From the human T2T-CHM13v2.0 reference genome, Homo sapiens: a stretch of DNA of 64,000 nt. Below the pieces are notes generated by a model. That model was not told the origin of the DNA and did no database searches. It worked only from the letters and a program-made list of their open reading frames with translations. This document shows positions 52,470-64,000 of this stretch, piece by piece. The stretch's first letter is position 1, and each line of letters begins with the position of its first letter. Position numbers and translations under genes: made by a program. The stretch is from assembly GCF_009914755.1 (NCBI RefSeq), contig NC_060928.1; one strand, given 5' to 3'.

Positions 52470-53087
52470 TTAGATATGAGGACATATTCTTACAGAATAA
52501 CTTCAAACTAAGCATTTATTTTCAGAATGGTGAGTACTTATAAGAGGAGTTGTGTCTAAAATCAGTAGTTCAGAAATGATTTCATGAAAATAACTTCATC
52601 TTCTAGGTTTAGCATCTAATTCTACAAAGAAAAGAAAATATTATACTTATGACATATTACTATGTAACATCCTGAGGCCCACTGACTTGTGATTGGTTTT
52701 ATTCATTTCATTCACATTAATCTTAGTTTTTATCCTTCCTTCAAATGTGGGCTGGATTGTTTGACATTGTGATCACACAGAAGTAACAACATACATGATT
52801 CGCTCCCCTAATTCTATAACGAACTCTCACACAATTGCATTGTTCCATTAAACCCATCACTTGCCCTTCACCCCTTCTTTCAGTGCTTCCAAATTTTTGA
52901 GGTTCAAATATGCATTATCTTATCAATAAAGACAAAAATCTACCAGAAATGGAGGAAATATAGCAGAGCCATTTTCTTTATGACAAAAAAAAAAAAAAAA
53001 AAAGGAATCATCTTTTGCTTTAAATGGGTTACATCAGACAACTTTTAAAGCATATTTCCTGTGGGTCTGATTTGGGTTGTGATATCT

Positions 53088-53129
53088 ACACAGACCGTGT
53101 AAACACAGACCGTGTAAACACAGACCGTG
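53088..53129. repeat. 15-bp unit tandem repeat, 2.8 copies
   Basis: ACACAGACCGTGTAA twice, plus ACACAGACCGTG. Confidence 0.95.
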
Positions 53130-53401
53130 AGATTTGCTTTCTTTGTTTGGAGAAAAGATTTCCTGAGTTCCTTGTCCCAGGCTAATTTTTAGGGCATCTT
53201 CATGGAATCTCATCAAAGTTTACACACAATCATGTGAAACAATTATATCTGAAGTAACTTATTTACTGATTGGCCAGAACTCAATGGAATTTATTCTCCT
53301 GTCATTGCCTGCAATCATGCTCTTGGATCTCTCTTCCTCATTCATGGCTTTGCAGTTGCTTTTAAGTGTAGTATTAAGGTCTGCTGGAGTTAAATCTCCC
53401 T

Positions 53402-53435
53402 GCTCCCATATCAGGCCTCACCCTGATATGGGAGC
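53402..53435. repeat. Perfect 14-bp inverted repeat with a 6-nt loop
   Basis: GCTCCCATATCAGG-cctcac-CCTGATATGGGAGC. Confidence 0.95.
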
Positions 53436-55002
53436 TTCAGTAATCTCGGTAGGGAAGGGCAGCGTAGTCTTTCCTTTCTTGTTTTTGTTTTTTCTTTCCT
53501 TGTTCCTCATTTGTCGCCCCTGGTTCTCTCTTCCTTCTCTATGTGGCACCAGGGAGGAGGGATTAGGAAATGCCTCTTATCTGTCAGTGTTGTTCTAATC
53601 TCCATCTCTGTATCCTTGGAGTTCTCCCAGGGCCCTAGGCTGTGGCTATTTACTGTGACCTTTGGTAGTATACCTACAGCCTGGGCTCCTTTTACCCTGC
53701 TCTATCTTGGAATCTAATCTACTCTCTAGCCCCAAATCAATGCCTGGACCATCTTTAGCTTCTATCTTTTACCGGTGCACATTCACTTGCTGTGGTTTCA
53801 AATCAAGAGATTTATTTTAGTTAGGCATTGTTTTTCACCCTGGGTGCTTTCTCCTATTTCATTTGAGTCTAGCCATGTAATTTAAATTTTATTTTATTCA
53901 GGATCTAAATGTTTTATAGTAGTAGGGTCCCCTGGAGTACCAGGTCTGTTCTACTGGAAAGTAGAGGTTAGACCTATGAGTTTGGGAAGCTTTGCAAAAA
54001 CCCAGGTAAGGAGTAAGATGACCAACTCTTTATTGCATGCTTGCCTGTCCCTATGAATGTGTCTCTTGAGATAAAGTATCAGACTTCTCTATACCTACAT
54101 AGTTTCTTCAAATAATCTTATTTTTAAATTTCTAATCTTATATAGTCTAGACAGAATGATAACGGTTGGACTGCTATTGCCATGTGTTTTTAAGTCTTTT
54201 AGATTTTGTGTGAGTACTTAGTACTTATTGTCCCCAGCTTTGGGGCTCTAAGTCAAAACTCTAAGACAGTAGGGAACATCCCATCTTGTTCTGTGCATGT
54301 TTGAGACCTTGTGTTTTTAGATCATAGTTCTTAGCCTCACTGAGGAATCTAAACATCCCTTAAGCCAGTCAATCCCAGCCCTACTGAGGACCTGAATTCT
54401 ACCATTATAGAGTTGTCTGGTGAGAACTGTAGTTGGGTAAAACTGGTTATATGTTTGACTTGAGATTTCTGGTGCCCTCTTTACAGGATCTAAGGATTTA
54501 GAATATACCACTGTGGCATGTTTGGGATCTTCATTAAAATTTTGGAAAAGGAAAATCAGAGCAATACATCTTACAGTGTCTTCACCTTGGGCTTGGACTT
54601 CCTCCCAGGCAAGCTGTGTGTCACATGGACTTAGTAGTAAACTATTAAAGAAGGTGGCGTGAATGAGACAAGCTCCCGGAAAGTCAGGATAATGGCCACC
54701 ATAGCCATTAAGGGCAAAGCCGCTGATGTCTAGTGGTTTCACAAAATTCCCCATCCAGAGGTTTCCCAAAAGTGTTAGGGAAGTCTTGGGGAGGCTTCAG
54801 CAGCTCAAAGTACATTGAGCTGTATTGTAACTACCTGATTACCACTCAAGCATTATTAAACTCTAGAAATGTTTGAGTTCTGGTAAGATTTCTAAACACA
54901 GATATCTAAGGGGTAACAGTTTGGAGTGTCTGTCATCTTATTCTAATTTTCTGAGTGCTCACCACTACTCCACAGCCATATTTTTGTGCGATGCAGTTCT
55001 CT

Positions 55003-55318
<316 letters not shown>

Positions 55319-55604
55319 TGTGCGATGCAGTTCTCTAGCCATAATTGATTAGCTTGGAGTGGACAACTTGACTTCTAGGCTCGATCTTTATTTCAAGAAT
55401 TTGGAATTGGCACTGAGAATAATTTGCCCTTGTGGTTGAAACTTGATACAAACTCGGAACTTTGCATGGAGGAAAAAAAAAAGAGAGAGAAGAAAAGACA
55501 GATGGTTTCTTGTCCCCTGAGGGTTTTCCAGTCTCCAGAGCACTACATAGCTCTTGGCATCCTTCTAATGAATTTCTCTTTTAGGTAAATATAGCTCGAG
55601 TTGA

Positions 55605-55955
<351 letters not shown>

Positions 55956-56059
55956 CAGTTTTTTTGTTTTTTTTTTTTTAATTATGATTTCCATGCTTAC
56001 ACTTTTGTTTATGTCGTGAGAGGAGGGGGAACAGGGATAATGGAGAGGGGGTTGCTGCT

Positions 56060-56580
56060 TTGGTCAGACTTCGGAGTTTCAGACAGCAGGCTCCACTAGA
56101 GTCAGTCTAAACAGAAAAGCGTATGTTAAAGAGTATTAGATAGTTCACAGAATCTCTGAACAGAAACATTCTTAGAAGCTCCATGACCAAGAACAGAGCA
56201 GCCAAGTACAACACACCCAGAAGACTGCCCGACTAAACCATGGGATTGTTCTTAGCGGCCCGTGTGATAGGGACTGGATGGCAGACATATTTCCACAGCT
56301 ACCCCAGGGAAACCCAAATGCTTCTTTCACTACTGTTATTGGAAAAGCCTGTCTCACTGAGAATTCAGCCATTTCCTCAAATTACTCACTTCCACCTCCA
56401 AGGGTCTCATTGGGGTGGGCTGGGAGTGGGTGTAGAGCTTAGGTCACATGCAGATTCCTAACCACAAGAAAGTATGGAAAATACAATTCTTTTACCTTCC
56501 AGCCTGTAGTAGATAGAAAGGCAAACTAGGAGAGCGTTGGAATGAGTGTTGAGTGAACAAATATACAATATCTTCCTCAA
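56060..56580 (-). mobile_element. Old MLT1 (J/K/L-like) LTR
   Basis: Degenerate MaLR text (tattagatagttcacagaatc; gcttaggtcacatgc). Confidence 0.45.
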
Positions 56581-57293
56581 TGTCCATCACTGTGCTGTGG
56601 AGAAAGAAATGTGAATTCTTCAAATGTCTTTCAAACTATCAGAAAAATATGCATCATCATAGCTTTGCAGGGAGAATGGGGAGGGAAGGCACAGAGTGTG
56701 GGCTTAGGAAGCACTTATAGATTTGCCATGGGAATGAAGTAGTTTTGAAATATATTAATATATGTTTCTTTTTTGAACTTCCTTTTGTGTGACCGTCCTC
56801 ATCCAGTTAGAGGTGTTTATTGTGTCAGGAATGATCAATATTGTTGAAATATAAAGGAAAACAAAGTGTCAGCTTTAGTTTTTGTCTTCCCAAGTAGCAT
56901 TTAATCCAAAGAAAGATAATAATATTGTCTCAGCTAGCCTTTGCTGAGAGAGAAAAGGAGTTCTTTTTTATTCTCAGACCTCTCTTTCACATACAAAACC
57001 CAACTTGGATTAGAGTTTTACTATGAGCACAGCATAGAGAGGACAGAAGATACAAGAAAGGAAGAATCAGTAGAAAGGCTTCCTCTGTGAGAGAAAGCAG
57101 AGAGATTGGAGGGAATTCGCTCAGGGTGGGGATGCTGTTAGGTCCCTGGAAAGGCACCTCCAACTCTCCAGACTTAAATCAAAGGGCGAAGAAGAGGAGG
57201 GTGATAGAAACCACAGATACTGCGGGTGCGAGAGAGTCTGAGAATGTCCAGTCTGATGGATGTTCAGATAGATTGGCCTGAGATGCTGTCTGG

Positions 57294-57743
57294 TAATAAA
57301 GATTTTCTGTTTGACCAAACTTTGGTCAGGCTCTTCTGAGTCCTTTTCTTGACTAGACCTTGACCTTGGTCTCATCCTGACTTTGGGCTGCATAGCCCAG
57401 TCTTAACGAAGGATCTTGCTGAATCATTCCCCACCCTAGATATCTGATCAAGTTCCTCATCCCTCACTTTGATGTGTAAGTCCTTAGCCTGCCTTTAGCA
57501 AGAATTCTGTAAGGCCAGTTTAGCAAGAGTCCCCCCTACTCTTAATATCTCTTCTTAGTAATTTTTCATCCACCGACTCCTTCACTCTGCTCATTGACTA
57601 TAAATCCTAAGCTATCTCTACTGTATTCAGAGTTGAACCCAATGTCTTTCTCCTATTGCAACAGATATCATCTCTACTACAGCAGTCTTGAATAAAGTCT
57701 TCCTTACCATTTTTACAAGTGTCTGGATAATTTTTCTTTAATA
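57294..57743 (+). mobile_element. MER31-type ERV1 solo LTR
   Basis: tgaccaaactttggtcaggctc; TATAAA at ~57599; AATAAA at ~57691; 4-bp TSD CTGG at 57290-57293 and 57744-57747. Confidence 0.85.
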
Positions 57744-57749
57744 CTGGTC

Positions 57750-59352
57750 CCCAGCGTCTCCAAATGGTATGTAGGAGAACCCAGGGTTCCACATGAACCT
57801 GGAAGGGGTTCACAGAAGTTTTGATAAAACAGTGACTGTGCAGAGGCCTAGGGACAAGACAAGGTAATCACAAAGGGTAGAGGCTTCACATCTTGAGGCA
57901 ATGGCAGGGACCCCAGAGTCCAGCAGTGGGCCAGGCACGACTAGCCACACCTTGGCGGATACCAGCAGAGGGCATCAGAGACCAGACCAGCCTGAAGAAG
58001 ACCTGCTCTCTGGAGAACTAATGTGCCCACTCTCAACCTCCCTCACTCCTGAGAGGCCGTCTTGGAAAGGAAGAGGGAAAAAAGGGCCCCCTTGAGAAAT
58101 TTGAAAAAATCAGCACTGAGAAGGAATTTAACTTTGAATTGATTGAATATTTACCCCCAAAAGAATGAGTTAAACTGAAAGAGACTTTCCTAAAAGCAGA
58201 AGAGACTGAGGTTTAAGTTTTTTTTTTTAATTGTCTCTGCTACTGACTGGGAATGGGGCCCCATAGCAAGTTGGGATAGATAATGGAAAATAAGAAAGAG
58301 CTACATATTTTTTCTTTTTTTTGCACATCTGAGTTGTAATGTTTACATTTCAACCTCCCTGAGTGTAGACTGAGAAAACTGTACAACCCTTTGGAGCACG
58401 TCTGATGGTGGTTTGGAAAAGGCTTGGTAGCCTAATGAGAGTCCAGAGAGGATGATATGAGTTGGAAAGGATAAAGGTAGTCCTTTTCTTTTCCTGGGAG
58501 CCGAGGTTGGCTTTGCAAGGACTCCTGGGTTTCTGGTGGGCCTAGAGAGAAGACCAAAAGCCTGCTCGGCCAGCTAAAGGTACTGAGTGCCAAAGCTGGG
58601 GCAGTGGATGGCTGGGGTGAGGGTCCACAGGACGCTCAATGCCAGCAGAAGGGGACCTGTGGGGGTATGTCCAATACCTGTGGAAGAGGGGCCCCGATGG
58701 ACACTCGTGACCACCGTCTCGTGGCATGAGGCAGCCAGAGGCAGGATGCTGCCAAGGCCAGAGACCAGCCAGGGAAAGAGACCAACTGAGAACAGACTAC
58801 AGAGCTTCCCAGCAGTAGATGTCCACCCACTGCTCAGGGACCAGTACAGCCACCAGAAGCCCCTCTCCCATAAGTGTGAGGACCTGACTGAGCATTTACT
58901 CAAAAGAAATTGATTTCATTTGAAAGTGTAAACCTGAGATGGGCAGATCATGTTAATTGGCAAGTTTAATTCTATTTCCCACAGTTTAGTATAGTGACAA
59001 AGAGCATAAAGTCTTGAGTCAGATGACCTGCTCTTGAATTGGCACTGTTTGCTAGCTATGTGGTCTTGGGCAAATAACTTAAATCTCTGTCACTCGCTGC
59101 TCATCTTCTAAATGGGGATCCTGATAGTACTTCCTCCTAGGAAGTGTAAGGATTAAATGGTTAATATATCTCAAGCACTGAAAAGAGTGCCAGGACACAC
59201 AGCAATCACTGTATAAAGGTTCGCTATAACAATTGCCCTACAGGATGTGGATTCACAAGGAAGCTGGAATCTGTTATAGAAACATTAAAAAAAAAAAAAG
59301 CTCCACATGTTTGCTCCATCTCATCCGTGGTGTGTAAATTTTGGACCCCATC
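57750..59352 (+). mobile_element. Two ancient Gypsy-like LTR remnants (MamGypLTR-like)
   Basis: Similar 3' termini at ~58290-58360 (aaagagctacat...ttgcacatctgagttgtaatg) and ~59285-59352 (aaagctccacatgtttgctccatctcatccgtggtgtgtaaatt). Confidence 0.4.
58985..59225 (+). mobile_element. MIR
   Basis: ctagctatgtggtcttgggcaaataacttaaatctctg...ctaaatgggga. Confidence 0.8.
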
Positions 59353-60077
59353 ATAGACAGATCCTTGGCTCCAATAGCATCACACCTAAGGCAGCGGCCC
59401 CAGGGGGTAGTATGTCAAAAGTCCTGCTTCATTCAGGAGGCTAAACTCAGAAACCTCAGCTTCTGAAGTCTGTCAATATGCACCCACACACCCCTCTTTA
59501 GAGTGATTTCTTTTAGCATTCAGGATGGTTTTCAACCCAGAGACAACAGGCTGCCCCCCTGCCTTGGTCTGACTGCCCGTTTTAGTTGCTATTCTTTTAT
59601 CTCTCACAACTGGGTGAAGTTGCTCCCTGAATTTTTATAGCACTTCAGGAAGAGGCAGGCTATTGTTACAAGAAGAACGTTTAAGTATATTGTTCACTTT
59701 TTTTGAACAGAGATTGTCGATGTTATTTTTAAATTCTAAACCTTTGGGGGCAGTAAGAGTTTTAGGGGAACAAACTCTTTAATGCATAATGAGACTGGAT
59801 CTGCGCTATTATAAAATGGGAGAGCCCTGGTGTCAATTGCCTGTGGTAGAGTGTGGCATTAACCAAACTAAGGTCAGGCTTCTATTTTAGCATGGGCTGA
59901 GGCTAACTGTACCCCCTGCTCCCTGGAGTCAGGCTCTCAGATGGCTGCCTATGGATTTGTTCAGGCATTTACTCATTGAGGAGGTAGTGGGGACAGGAGG
60001 AGAACTCACTATGCAACTACCATTTGCTGAGTGCTTGTCACATGCCAACATTGTACCGGGCACTCTGTATTAAATAC

Positions 60078-60531
60078 TGCATTGGTTTCCTAGGACTGCT
60101 AGAACAAATCACCACAAACATAGTGGCTTAAAACAATATAAATTTATTATCTGATAGTTCTAGAATCTAGAAGTCTGAAAATAAGTTGTCAGCAGGGCCA
60201 TGCTCCCTCCCAAGGCTCTAGAAGAAAAAGAAATCCCTTCTTTCCTCTTCCAGCTTCTGGTGGGTCCAGGTGTTCCTTGGCTTGTGGCTGCATTGCTCCA
60301 GTCTCTGCCTCTGTGACCACATTCCCGTCTCTTCTTCTTTGTGTCTTCTTCTGTCTTAGACACTCATTATTGGCTTTAGGCCCTATCTAGAAAATCCAGG
60401 ATGATCTCATCTCAGGATGCTTAACTTAATTATATCTGCAAAACCCCCTTTTCCCAAATAATGTCACATTCACAGATTCTGAGTTTGGAACATAGATATA
60501 TCTTTTGGAGGGTTCACCATTCAACCTACTG
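60078..60531 (-). mobile_element. MLT1C LTR within MIR fragments
   Basis: aacaaatcaccacaaacatagtggcttaaaacaa...aatccaggatgatctcatctcag. Confidence 0.85.
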
Positions 60532-61547
60532 CCGATACCTCTGAAATTCTCACAAAGTCTGAAATCATCCATCATTATCTCAAAATTGAACTTCAAAAAG
60601 TTTTCTTCAGTTATTCAGGATTACACGTTTCGTAAGTGACAGAGCTGATTTAAATGCGGGATTGTCTGGTTTCAAAGATGTTGTTCTTTCTACTGTATGA
60701 TACTAAAAACGACAACAATAATCAATGATCTTAGCTGGCATGTCCTGGATGCCTATGGATCAGGCACTATGCTGGTATTAAAAGTATTATTTCTAAAGTT
60801 TCTAATAATCCTACAGTAACGTCTTCTTATTCACAATTTATAGATGAGGAAACAGAGAGGCTCAGATGAGTTAAAAAGGCTCAAGGTCATACATATAATA
60901 AGCAGGAATTTGAAATCAAAGGGAAACCAAGTCAGATGACTTTAGAAAAATCTTCAAAGCACTGAGGAAACTGACAGATAGTAGGTTAGCAGCATTACTT
61001 TGGGCAGATGAAGAATTGGAAATGTCTCTTCGAAGGGCATTAAAAATTCCTGAAACATTTGGGATCAATTTAACCCTACCTGGTGCAGTGTGTTATGGGG
61101 CGATTTCCACACTGTAAGGGAAGCAGAGATTTGGGGCATTTGCATTTTTTTCTTTTTCCAGCCCTCAAGCCATTCTCTGTTGTCAGATCCAGTCCATGCC
61201 TTGACTTTGCCCATTTATAGAGGACTGTTTTGATGCTACAGAAAGCACGATCACTCTACTTTGAAAAGCATTTAAGCATTTTCAGAGCTCAGTCTCATTT
61301 CATTTTGCTCTTAGAACAGTCCCTGAGGTTGGTAGGGTGAGTATCATTATCCTCATTTACAGTCCAGGAGCCTGAGTTTCGAAGTGAGTTGTTACTATTT
61401 GCTTCACACAGAGGCAGAAGCAACTTGAAGCCTGACTATTTGAATGCAATTCTAATTCTTTTTCCAGAGCACCAAGCCTGTTTTAGATTAAGAAAAAAAT
61501 TCCAAGAAAAAAAGGAAAAAATTGGCTACCATTAGCTTTAGGTAGGT

Positions 61548-61602
61548 AACACACACACATATTCTCTCTCTCTGTCTCTCTCTCTCTCCTGCTCTTTCTT
61601 TC

Positions 61603-61662
<60 letters not shown>
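61548..61662. repeat. Compound (CA)n/(TC)n/(CA)n microsatellite
   Basis: Read directly from the sequence. Confidence 0.93.
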
Positions 61663-61665
<3 letters not shown>

Positions 61666-62354
61666 GTGATAAAAAGGTCTCCTTTCTCTTTTCAGTCTTG
61701 AGAATAAATGACTGCATTTCCCCACTGGTACTCAGAAGTGATTTGCAATTGAGAATTCTTTTTTAAGGGCAGAGGGCTCTTTTGTATGACCTTATTTTCC
61801 TTGTAGTTCCAAACAAGTGGGCTAAGCATGCTCTATTATGTCCAGACTGGTGTTTATAGTCTCATCTTCAGATGATAGATGTTACTTTATAATGCTAAAC
61901 CTGATATTACACAATTCTCAACCCCTCTTCCAAAGACTGGGCTGCGTATGCCAAAACTTTATGATGACAAATCATAGAATTGGAAGGAAAGAAATGTGAT
62001 ACTCAAACTCTACTAACTCAGATAATATACAGAAATATCTGTAAGCCAGTGGTACTCAGTCTTCATTGTTGAGAGGGAGGCGATTTTCTAAATAATGTTA
62101 CAGAGAAAAGAATTTAACCCAAGAGCATGATAGCCCACCAAAAGAATTCTTCTCTGACTGAAGTATGAAGGGTCCTTCTTTTCTCTTGAATCATTATCTC
62201 AACACAAATCTTCTGTGCCTCCTTAGACACTGTGGCCACTGTCCACTTCTAGGACCTTCAACTACTCAACCACCATACCTGCCCAACACAGTTCAACTGG
62301 CTGGGACTAATCAGGGACTTACCTTAGAAGTCCCCTTAACTCTCCACCCCTCAA

Positions 62355-62356
<2 letters not shown>

Positions 62357-62393
<37 letters not shown>
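62357..62393. repeat. (AC)n microsatellite
   Basis: Read directly from the sequence. Confidence 0.95.
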
Positions 62394-62397
<4 letters not shown>

Positions 62398-62479
62398 CAA
62401 GCCACCTAGTACTCACCTAGAGGTTCTGGCTCTTCCCCTCATTTCCAGGCTTGGATGAAACAGGAACACTATACATACA

Positions 62480-62918
62480 TCAGGTTTGGGGTTTGGGGTC
62501 CCATGTAGTTGGAGCAGTCATATGATATAAACTTGGAAATGTGAAGGAGTTAATTCCTAGTGGGACAAGTTTTGACCAATGAAAAACAGGCAATGGGAGG
62601 TAGGTGGGAAGATAAACTTCTCCTTTATTCTTCCCAGAGAATGCTAGAGGCATGGTCCCTCCCTGCATCCACTGCAAGATGTCCCACATGCCAAGGGAAC
62701 AGACCTGCTGAGCCTCCCATGCCTCATCAGCCAATGGCTCATCCCGAAGCAGAAGCCAGTTGTGCAAGGCATGACTGTGCATTGTTTCCTATACTCACTT
62801 CCCTTTTTTCCTTTTTCTGCAGCTTCCCTGGCCTGGGCTTGTGCTTCCCAAATAAAATGTCAGTACTTTAATCCTTGCTTCAGGCTTTTTTTTTTTTTTC
62901 CGCTAGAAAACTAAAGCC
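62480..62918 (+). mobile_element. LTR16-like ERVL solo LTR
   Basis: ggagttaattcctagtgggacaagttttgaccaatg...cccaaataaaatgtcagtactttaatccttgcttcaggct. Confidence 0.7.
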
Positions 62919-62959
62919 ATACCTTATTAGACTGTTAGAGAGCACGCCTGATGGGTTGG

Positions 62960-63590
62960 TGTCCTCACTTCCAGTCACCGCCCCCTTTCCAATGGAATCC
63001 GACACTGAAGCATAAGTTGAATGTGGCATTTCCCTTCAGCGGGCTCCCACTGTCTGTAAAATAGAGTCCATACTCTATCATCTGGTGTTAATAGCCCTCT
63101 AGATTTGGTCTCAAAGTAATTTTCTGATTTTAGTTCAGTGATTTTTTAAATTCATATACCATGTTCTCTAACTAAACTGAACTACTTGAACCTTTTTTTA
63201 TTACCCCATGTTTTCTGACCTCCATGCCCTTAATTATGCTCTTTCCTCAATCTGAAATGTCTGCACTTACATCTCCTCTCTACATTTTAAATTCTGTCCA
63301 TCAAGAGCAAGCTCAAATGTCATCTTCTCAGATTAATTACCAATTCCTTCCTCTCTGCTGCCAGCCCACAAAATTTAATAATCTATTTTTTTGGAACCCC
63401 CAAATCATCTTGTCTGTGCTTCTCTTGTGGTACTTCTTACTTTTTACCCTATGTTATAGTATTTTGCTGTATTTCTTCTCCCCAGTTAGACCATAAGCTC
63501 CTTGCAGGTACATCTGACTGATTCATCTTTGTTTCCCAGAGGCCTGGCATGGTAACTTGCACATAATTGGTGTTTAAGAAAATTTTATGA
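62960..63590 (+). mobile_element. L2 3' portion
   Basis: agaccataagctccttgcagg...gcctggcatggtaacttgcacataatt. Confidence 0.65.
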
Positions 63591-63604
63591 AACAAATAAA
63601 CAGT

Positions 63605-63899
63605 GGTCGGGCACGGTACCTCATGTCTGTAATCTCAGCACTTTGGGAGGCTAAGGCAGGCAGATCATTTGAGTCCATGAGTTCGAGACCAGCCTGGGCA
63701 ACATGGAGAAACTCTGTCTTTACACAAAATACAACAATTAGCCAGGCATGGTGGCGCATGCCTGTAGTCCCTGGTGCTTGGGAAGTTGAGGCAGGAGGAT
63801 CATTTGAGCCCAGGCTGCAGAGGTTGCAGTGAGCCCAGATCGCACCATTGTACACCAGCCTGAGCGACAGAGTGAGACCCTATCTCAAAAGGAAAAAAG
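63605..63899 (+). mobile_element. AluJ
   Basis: TSD AAATAAACAGTG at 63594-63605 and 63900-63911. Confidence 0.92.
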
Positions 63900-64000
63900 A
63901 AATAAACAGTGTGCTTTTATATAAAAGCCCAGGATTGTGGTTAAAAACTAATTAAATTAAATTAAATTAAGTATTTCTTATCTTAAACCCTAGATCCTTA

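Noticed and set aside
53088-53129. CRISPR-like array
   Set aside because: Head-to-tail tandem repeat without spacers, in eukaryotic DNA.
54317-54769. 150-aa - strand ORF
   Set aside because: Non-ATG start, no homology that I recognise, and no supporting exon structure.
55561-55590. AG|GTAAAT recursive-splice-like site
   Set aside because: Weak donor, inside a degenerate LTR-like segment, with no evidence of transcription.

Overview
Primate (most likely human) non-coding DNA, about half of it transposon-derived. I found no credible host protein-coding exon. Every convincing ORF fragment comes from a LINE-1; the other ORFs are Alu or microsatellite translations or chance. The largest feature is a full-length, inactivated L1PA7/8-type LINE-1 (- strand, 22038-28509, perfect 18-bp TSD). 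It is nested inside an older L1MA 3' end, which itself sits inside an L2. The window also holds about 16 Alus, many MaLR/ERVL/ERV1 solo LTRs, hAT and Tigger DNA transposon remnants, and MIR/L2 fragments. The most interesting unique sequence is an orphan CpG-island-like element at ~45.27-45.76 kb. It lies next to a long (CT)n tract, is bracketed by a 38-bp direct repeat (36/38 identical, 1789 bp apart), and has three TGTCACTCA (PBX/PREP-like) motifs nearby. Other items worth checking are a pre-miRNA-sized hairpin at 42312-42391, a perfect 14-bp hairpin, a 15-bp triplication that creates Forkhead sites, and several transcription-factor motif clusters. Repeat subfamily names come from my recollection of consensus sequences, not from a database search. 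Boundaries of old repeats are approximate. I cannot name the locus and cannot demonstrate a novel biological system from sequence alone.
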